Assembly: GCA_900234795.1 (NCBI GenBank)
Contig: LT962688.1
Coordinates: 2,550,001 to 2,582,000 of the forward strand
Direction of reading: 5' to 3'
DNA length: 32,000 nt
DNA from: Methylorubrum extorquens
GTDB taxonomy: Bacteria; Pseudomonadota; Alphaproteobacteria; Rhizobiales; Beijerinckiaceae
The position numbers and the translations under genes are program-made. Under the pieces are notes generated by a model. It was not told the DNA's origin. It saw only the letters and a program-made list of their open reading frames with translations, and made no database searches. Numbering within the stretch: the first letter of the stretch is position 1; each line of letters starts with the position of its first letter. Of this stretch, positions 26,792 through 32,000 are shown piece by piece.

Positions 26792-28488
26792 CCCTCGGCC
26801 CCCAGCAGTAGCCGTGCCGCCGCCGCGCGCGCCTCGTCGGTGACGGTGGCGCCGGCCAGCATCCGGGCAATCTCTTCCCGGCGCGCATCCGCCGCGAGCC
26901 CGACCACCCGGGTCGTCACCCGGTCGGCGCTCTTCTCCGCGCCCTTGGCCGCTTTCCCCTTCACACTGTCCTTCGCGATGCGGAAATGCGTCACCGCGCG
27001 GGCGGCGACCTGCGGCGCGTGGGTCACGGCCACGACCTGAACCTGCTCCGAGAGACGGCCGAGCCGCGCGCCGATGGCGTCGGCCACCGCGCCGCCGAGG
27101 CCGGTGTCGATCTCGTCGAAGATCAGCGTCGGCGCCGAGCCCTTGCCGGCGAGCACGACCTTGAGCGCCAGCATGAAGCGGGACAGCTCGCCGCCGGATG
27201 CGACCTTCATCATCGGGCCGGCGCGGGTGCCGGGATTGGTCTGCGCCCAGAACTCGACCCGCTCGGTGCCGGCGGCGTCGCGCGAGGCTTCGTCCACGGT
27301 GATCTGCGTGATGAAACGGGCGCCCTCCAGCTTCAGCGGCGGCAACTCGGCCTGCACCGCCGCATCGAGCGCCTTGGCCGCCTTGCGGCGCCCGTCGCCG
27401 AGCCGCTTGGCGGCCTGGGCATAGGCCGCTTCCGCCGCCGTGAGTTCGGCCTCGAGCCCGGCAAGCGCCTGCTCGCCGGCATCGAGGGCGGCCACGTCCG
27501 CATCGTAGCGGCTGCGCAGGTCGGCGAGGTCGTCGGCCGGGACCGAATATTTTCGCGACGCGGCGCGCAGGGCGAATAGCCGTTCCTCGACACGCTCCAG
27601 CTCGCGCGGATCGAACTCGGCGGCGAGCACCGCGGCATCGAGGGCGGCGCGCGCCTCGTCCAGTGCGACGAGGGCCGCATCGAGCGCGGCGATGCTCGGA
27701 TCGACAAGGGTCGGCACCGTGGCGCTGCGCCGCTCCAGCCGGCGCACGGCGGAGGAGAGATGCGGCACGAGCGAGCCGGAGCCGCCGACGAGGTCGAGCG
27801 CTTCGTTCAACTCGCGGGCGACCTTCTCGCCCTGCTGCATCAGAGTGCGGCGCTCGGCGAGCTTGGCCTCCTCGCCCGCCTGCGGATCGAGGGTGCCGAG
27901 TTCCTCCACCGCGTGGCGGAGGAAGTCGGCTTCCTTCTGCGCGGCCTCGACGCGTTCGCGCTGCTCGGCAAGCGTCGAGCGGGCGGCGCGAACGCGTTTG
28001 GCGGCCGAGGCCACCTGCGCCAGCGGACCCTGAAGCCCGCCGAACGCATCGAGGATGCTGCGGTGGGTGGTAGGGTCGGCCAAGGCCCGGTCGTCGTGCT
28101 GGCCGTGGATCTCGACGAGCGCCGTGCCGATCGCTCGCATGGTCTGCACGCCGACCGGCTGGTCGTTGACGAAGGCGCGGGTGCGTCCGTCGGCGAATTG
28201 CGTGCGGCGCAGGATCAGGTCGCCGTCGGTGTCGATCTCGGCCGCCGCCGCGACGGCACGGGCGGGATGGTCGAGGGCCACGTCGAACACGGCGGTGACG
28301 CCGCCCTGCGCCTCCCCCTGCCGCACGAGACCGCCATCGCCGCGCCCCCCGAGCGCCAGGGCGAACGCGTCAAGCAGGATCGATTTGCCCGCACCGGTCT
28401 CGCCCGTGAGAACGGTGAGCCCCCCGGAGAAGGTCAATTCGAGCTTGTCGATCAGAACGATGTCGCGGATCGCGAGCTGGACGAGCAT
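26788..28488 (-). CDS. recN: DNA repair protein RecN
   Basis: MLVQLAIRDIVLIDKLELTFSGGLTVLTGETGAGKSILLDA (Walker A), a long coiled-coil middle, and C-terminal SGGELSRFMLALK / LIFDEIDTG (signature and Walker B). Confidence 0.95.
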   Translation of the reverse strand: MLVQLAIRDIVLIDKLELTFSGGLTVLTGETGAGKSILLDAFALALGGRGDGGLVRQGEAQGGVTAVFDVALDHPARAVAAAAEIDTDGDLILRRTQFADGRTRAFVNDQPVGVQTMRAIGTALVEIHGQHDDRALADPTTHRSILDAFGGLQGPLAQVASAAKRVRAARSTLAEQRERVEAAQKEADFLRHAVEELGTLDPQAGEEAKLAERRTLMQQGEKVARELNEALDLVGGSGSLVPHLSSAVRRLERRSATVPTLVDPSIAALDAALVALDEARAALDAAVLAAEFDPRELERVEERLFALRAASRKYSVPADDLADLRSRYDADVAALDAGEQALAGLEAELTAAEAAYAQAAKRLGDGRRKAAKALDAAVQAELPPLKLEGARFITQITVDEASRDAAGTERVEFWAQTNPGTRAGPMMKVASGGELSRFMLALKVVLAGKGSAPTLIFDEIDTGLGGAVADAIGARLGRLSEQVQVVAVTHAPQVAARAVTHFRIAKDSVKGKAAKGAEKSADRVTTRVVGLAADARREEIARMLAGATVTDEARAAAARLLLGAEG

Positions 28489-28643
28489 GAAGCGGCGCCA
28501 GAGCCCCTTATTGGATTGTGCGCGGGTTTAGCCGTAAGCGGAGAGGACTTCATCCGGAAAGTGCTGCGGGACCCGCGACCGACGATCGGCCGCGCGGCAG
28601 GCCGCTTCGTTCACCCGCCTGAAGGCGTCTGGAGAGCCATTGC

Positions 28644-29630
28644 ATGCGTGTGGTCGCGGTGAGCCGAGTGCTCGATGAAGTCGATGTCATCGAGGCGTTC
28701 ATTCGGCACGCGGCGGCCTTCGTCGATCATCATATCATTCTCGACAACGGCAGCCGGGACGGGACCGTCGAGATCATCCGAAAACTTGCCGAAGAGGGGC
28801 TTCCGCTCACGGTCTATCAGTCGCCGTCGATCTGCTTCTCCGAGCGGGACATGAACAACTGGCTCTACAACGAGGCGGTCGACCGGCACGACGCGGATTG
28901 GGTCGCCTGTCTCGACAGCGACGAGTTCTACGACGAGCGCCAGTTGCCGGGAGGATTGCGGAACTACCTCAAAGAGCTGGAAAACGCCGGCGGGAACGTC
29001 GTCGCCGTCCGGGTTCCCTGGGCTCATTACAACTATACGACCCGGGATGATGCAGGAGAAAACCTCGTCCCGCGTCGCATCACCCATCGCACGGAGATCG
29101 CCAGCGACGGCAAGATCATCGCGAGCTGGCGGTTGGCGAAGGAGAAGGGCGTCGTGCTGGAGGGACAGCACGACGTGCATCTGCCGGAGGGCAGCCACGG
29201 CACGGTGGTCTCTGAGCGGCGGCTCTGGATCGCACATTTCTCCGAGCGCAACGCGGCGCAGTACGTCACCAAATTCGTGAGAGGGTGGGCGAAGATTCTT
29301 ACCGCCGGGCAGGCCTGCCAGGATCGGGGCTTCTCCGCCCATTACCGCGGACCGTTCGAGCTTCTCAGAGACCATCCCGAGACGCTGCTGAGGTCCGACG
29401 GGTTCCTCGAGAGAAAGAACGAGGACCGAAGCGTCGTCCACGACCCGATGGATTACCGCGGTGGCCCCCTTCGCTACACGCCTCCGAACGATCCGGAGAT
29501 GCAGTCGGTCCGAGCGCTCGTCGGATTCCTCTCGGAGGTATGCAGCCGCTACGGCGAACTCACCGATGCCCTGCCCGTGGCAAGGGCGTATTCCGAGCGA
29601 ATCGAGCGGCGGATCAACCGGCTCATTTGA
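28644..29630 (+). CDS. Glycosyltransferase family 2-like protein (Glyco_tranf_2_4 type), orphan
   Basis: GGAGAG lies 7 nt before ATG 28644. The N-terminal VLDEVDVIEAFIRHAAAFVDHHIILDNGSRDGTVEIIRKL and the DxD motif (CLDSDEF) are typical of this GT2 subgroup. GC is about 58% in the first 100 nt (hand count), visibly lower than in the neighbouring genes. Confidence 0.7.
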   Translation: MRVVAVSRVLDEVDVIEAFIRHAAAFVDHHIILDNGSRDGTVEIIRKLAEEGLPLTVYQSPSICFSERDMNNWLYNEAVDRHDADWVACLDSDEFYDERQLPGGLRNYLKELENAGGNVVAVRVPWAHYNYTTRDDAGENLVPRRITHRTEIASDGKIIASWRLAKEKGVVLEGQHDVHLPEGSHGTVVSERRLWIAHFSERNAAQYVTKFVRGWAKILTAGQACQDRGFSAHYRGPFELLRDHPETLLRSDGFLERKNEDRSVVHDPMDYRGGPLRYTPPNDPEMQSVRALVGFLSEVCSRYGELTDALPVARAYSERIERRINRLI

Positions 29631-29825
29631 AGCGTGCTCGCCCGGCCCAAGGCCGAGGCCAAGCCCGATCCGTCCGGCGTGATGGGGTGGGCTCCGTCTC
29701 GGACGCTGAGGTTCGTCCGACGCCGCCATCGCGAGCGTCCGCCGAGCGACCTGCGGCGCACCATCTCCGGACGATTCGCGGTCAGGATCGCGCCGGCTCC
29801 GCGTCACGGAGACGGCGGAGGGACG

Positions 29826-29868
29826 GAAACGAAAACAGCGTCCCGGATCTCAGATCCGGGACGCTGTT
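29826..29868 (-). terminator. Rho-independent terminator downstream of bamD (may act bidirectionally)
   Basis: AACAGCGTCCCGGATC (29834-29849), tca, GATCCGGGACGCTGTT (29853-29868). The 16-bp stem is perfect, and on the minus strand it is followed by TTTTCGTTTCC. Confidence 0.75.
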
Positions 29869-29909
29869 CGAAGGCTTCGCCTATGTCGCGCAAGCGCTGT
29901 GAGGAGGCC

Positions 29910-30785
29910 CTACTCCGCAGCGGCGGTCCGCCCGATCACGCCGCGGTAGATCTTGCTGATCCAGGAGGACTTCTCCTCCCGCGGCTCCAGGCCGCCGGTC
30001 TGCAGGAGCTTATAGGCATCCTGGTACCAGGGGCTGTCGGGGAAGTTGTGGCCCAGCACCGCCGCGGCGGTCTGCGCCTCGCCGGTGAGGCCGAGCGCCA
30101 TGTAGGCCTCGACCAGACGCTCCAGCGCCTCTTCGGCGTGGCGGGTCGTCTGGTACTTGCTGACCACGTCGCGGAAGCGGTTGATCGCCGCCGGGAAGGC
30201 GCGCTTCTCGAGGTAGAAGCGGCCGACTTCCATCTCCTTGCCTGCGAGCTGGTCGCGGGTGATCTGGATCTTGGCCTTGGCGTCGGCGGCGTATTCGGAG
30301 GTTGGGTACTTCTGCACCAGCTCCTGGAGGGCGACGAGGGCGCGCTCGGAGCGCTCCTGATCGCGGGTCACGTCCGGGATCTGCTTATATTGCGACATCG
30401 CCATCAGGTACTGGGCGTAGGCCGCGTCCTTGCTCGCCGGGTGGCGCTGGAGGTAGCGCTTCGAGGCGTTGATGGCGTCGTCGTACTTCGCGCCCTCGTA
30501 GTTCGCGTAGGCCGTCATCAGCAGCCCTTTCCGCGACCAGTCGGAATAGGTGTACTGCTTGTCGAGCTGATCGAACTGCTTGGCGGCGTTCTCGTAATCC
30601 CTGTCTTCCATCTTCGCCAAGCCCTCGCTGTAGAGCTTGTCCGCGGGCGTATCCGGGATCGCCTCGGGCTTGTACTTTTCGGCAAAGAGGTTGGTCGGAT
30701 CGAGGGCATCGCAGCCGCCGAGCCCGATGCCCAGGCTGAGGAGCACGGCCGCCATCGCGCCACGGGTCGGGAAGGTCACAGGCAT
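29910..30785 (-). CDS. bamD: Outer membrane protein assembly factor BamD
   Basis: Start at ATG 30785 (alternative 30755). Lipobox GIGLGGC. TPR-like body with LYSEGLAKMEDRDYENAAKQFDQL, YAQYLMAMSQY and EVGRFYLEKRAFPAAINRF, typical of BamD/ComL. Lies in the conserved position next to lpxC. Confidence 0.9.
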   Translation of the reverse strand: MPVTFPTRGAMAAVLLSLGIGLGGCDALDPTNLFAEKYKPEAIPDTPADKLYSEGLAKMEDRDYENAAKQFDQLDKQYTYSDWSRKGLLMTAYANYEGAKYDDAINASKRYLQRHPASKDAAYAQYLMAMSQYKQIPDVTRDQERSERALVALQELVQKYPTSEYAADAKAKIQITRDQLAGKEMEVGRFYLEKRAFPAAINRFRDVVSKYQTTRHAEEALERLVEAYMALGLTGEAQTAAAVLGHNFPDSPWYQDAYKLLQTGGLEPREEKSSWISKIYRGVIGRTAAAE

Positions 30786-30950
30786 CGCGGTCAATTTCCC
30801 TGTCAGGCCCGGCCGCTTGAGGAGCGGCGCGCGACCTACGCGCAGGCTTTTACGGTTGGCGGTCGATTCGGGCGTCAAAACGGCAGGGCGTAGGGAACCT
30901 TTAAGGTATTCCGCCTGCGACGTGGATCGAGGGCCGATGTGGCGTCCGGG

Positions 30951-31898
30951 TTACAGTTCGGCGGCGAAGGCGGCGAGCCCGAGGCCGGCACCGAAGTCGG
31001 CGCGGGCGGTCTCGCGGCGGGTGCCCTGGCCCTCGACGATGGCGTAGTTCGCGCGATCGGCAAACAGGGCTTCGAGGATGCCGACATTCATGCGGTGGCC
31101 GCCGCAATAGGAGCGGTAGGCGCCCTGGAGCGGCAGGCCGGCCAGCGCGAGGTCGCCGACCGCATCGAGGAACTTGTGACGGACGAACTCGTCCGCGAAG
31201 CGCAGGCCTTCCGGGTTGACGACGGCGGTCTCGCCGACGGCGACCGTGTTGTCGAGGGAGGCGCCGAGCGCGAAGCCCGCCTTCCAGTAGCGCTCCACGT
31301 CCTTCATCATGCCGAAGGTGCGGGCGGGGGCGATCTCGCGGCGGTAGGCGGCCGGGGTCAGGTCCATCGCCTTGCGCGAGCGGCCGATCACCGGGGATTC
31401 GAAGTCGATCTCCACGTCGAGGCGGAAGCCGCGGTCGATCGGGCGAAGTTCGGCGAAGGCGCGGCCGGCCTCGATGCGAACGGGCTGGAGAACCTTGATC
31501 CAGCGGCGCGGGGCGCCGCAGAGGGCCAGGCCGACGCTGTCGATGGCCTGGACGAAGAGGCGGGCGCTGCCGTCGAGGATCGGCATCTCGGGGCCGTCGA
31601 TCTCGACCAGAGCGTTGTCGACACCGAGCCCGTAGAGGGCCGACATCAGATGCTCGATGGTGGCGACGGCACCGGTCTCGACGTCACCGATGACGGTGCA
31701 CAGCTCGGTGGCGGAGACGCAGGCGAAGTGGGCCTTGATGATCCGGTCGTTGCCGGTGGTCGTGCCCGTCCGGAGGAAGGCGATACCGTGGTTGGCTTTG
31801 GCGGGGTGGAGCGTGATCTCCGCCGGGTTGCCGGAGTGGACTCCGATACCGGTCAGCGTCACGGACGTTTTGAGTGTTGTCTGTTGGTTCGTCCGCAT
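30951..31898 (-). CDS. lpxC: UDP-3-O-acyl-N-acetylglucosamine deacetylase
   Basis: TLKTSVTLTGIGVHSGNPAEITLHPA, EHLMSALYGLGVDN, and HKFLDAVGDLALAG are canonical LpxC blocks. GAGGG lies 7 nt upstream of the ATG. Confidence 0.95.
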   Translation of the reverse strand: MRTNQQTTLKTSVTLTGIGVHSGNPAEITLHPAKANHGIAFLRTGTTTGNDRIIKAHFACVSATELCTVIGDVETGAVATIEHLMSALYGLGVDNALVEIDGPEMPILDGSARLFVQAIDSVGLALCGAPRRWIKVLQPVRIEAGRAFAELRPIDRGFRLDVEIDFESPVIGRSRKAMDLTPAAYRREIAPARTFGMMKDVERYWKAGFALGASLDNTVAVGETAVVNPEGLRFADEFVRHKFLDAVGDLALAGLPLQGAYRSYCGGHRMNVGILEALFADRANYAIVEGQGTRRETARADFGAGLGLAAFAAEL

Positions 31899-32000
31899 AC
31901 CTTAGCCCTCGGCCAGGATCCTTCCCGCGCATCCCGTTTTCGGGGGCGGTATGAGAAAGTCCGTCCGCTGCTTGAAGCCCCTGCGAGCGCTGGCAGTCAT

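Noticed and set aside
28489-28643. Expected alphaproteobacterial LexA/SOS box (GTTC-N7-GTTC / GAAC-N7-GAAC) upstream of recN.
   Set aside because: I scanned the 155-nt recN-GT intergenic region on both strands and found single GTTC/GAAC tetramers but no correctly spaced pair. No SOS operator can be supported from the sequence.
31899-32000. 32-codon minus-strand ORF starting at the last three bases of the window (MTASARRGFKQRTDFLIPPPKTGCAGRILAEG).
   Set aside because: It has no motif, is truncated by the window edge, and does not resemble the FtsZ C-terminus one might expect upstream of lpxC. I treat the region as the lpxC upstream region.

Overview
This is a high-GC alphaproteobacterial chromosomal core segment. 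Gene content and protein sequences look Rhizobiales/Methylobacterium-like, but that is inference only. I call about 33 protein genes and find no rRNA, tRNA, CRISPR or IS elements. Recognisable blocks, in order: class I lysyl-tRNA synthetase, an AEC permease, rpmB, a TPR lipoprotein, an M17 aminopeptidase, a two-domain cold-shock protein, an orphan receiver-domain response regulator and a metallophosphoesterase. Next come a DUF374-waaA-lpxK lipid A/Kdo operon and a cdd-PNP-deoC-deoA nucleoside catabolism operon, followed by pmtA-like, dnaK/dnaJ, a YdeP-type molybdoenzyme, PspA plus a YiaAB-type membrane protein, recN, bamD and lpxC. Most very long ORFs in the six-frame track are antisense artefacts of the high GC content. 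Items worth a second look: (1) an approximately 50% GC, 171-codon ORF with a signal peptide lies between dnaK and dnaJ, and its stop sits 1 nt before the dnaJ ATG. (2) A small exported protein has a C-terminal tail that is 50% histidine (H/W/G/R only), encoded by 51-bp tandem repeats. (3) A two-CSD cold-shock protein carries GGDRF/RGG-type glycine-arginine repeats. (4) pspA appears frameshifted at a C5 run. (5) A stand-alone sigma-70 region 1.1-like mini-protein shares a CTAG stop overlap with recN. (6) A lower-GC orphan glycosyltransferase lies between recN and bamD. All family assignments come from reading the translations; no database search was possible.
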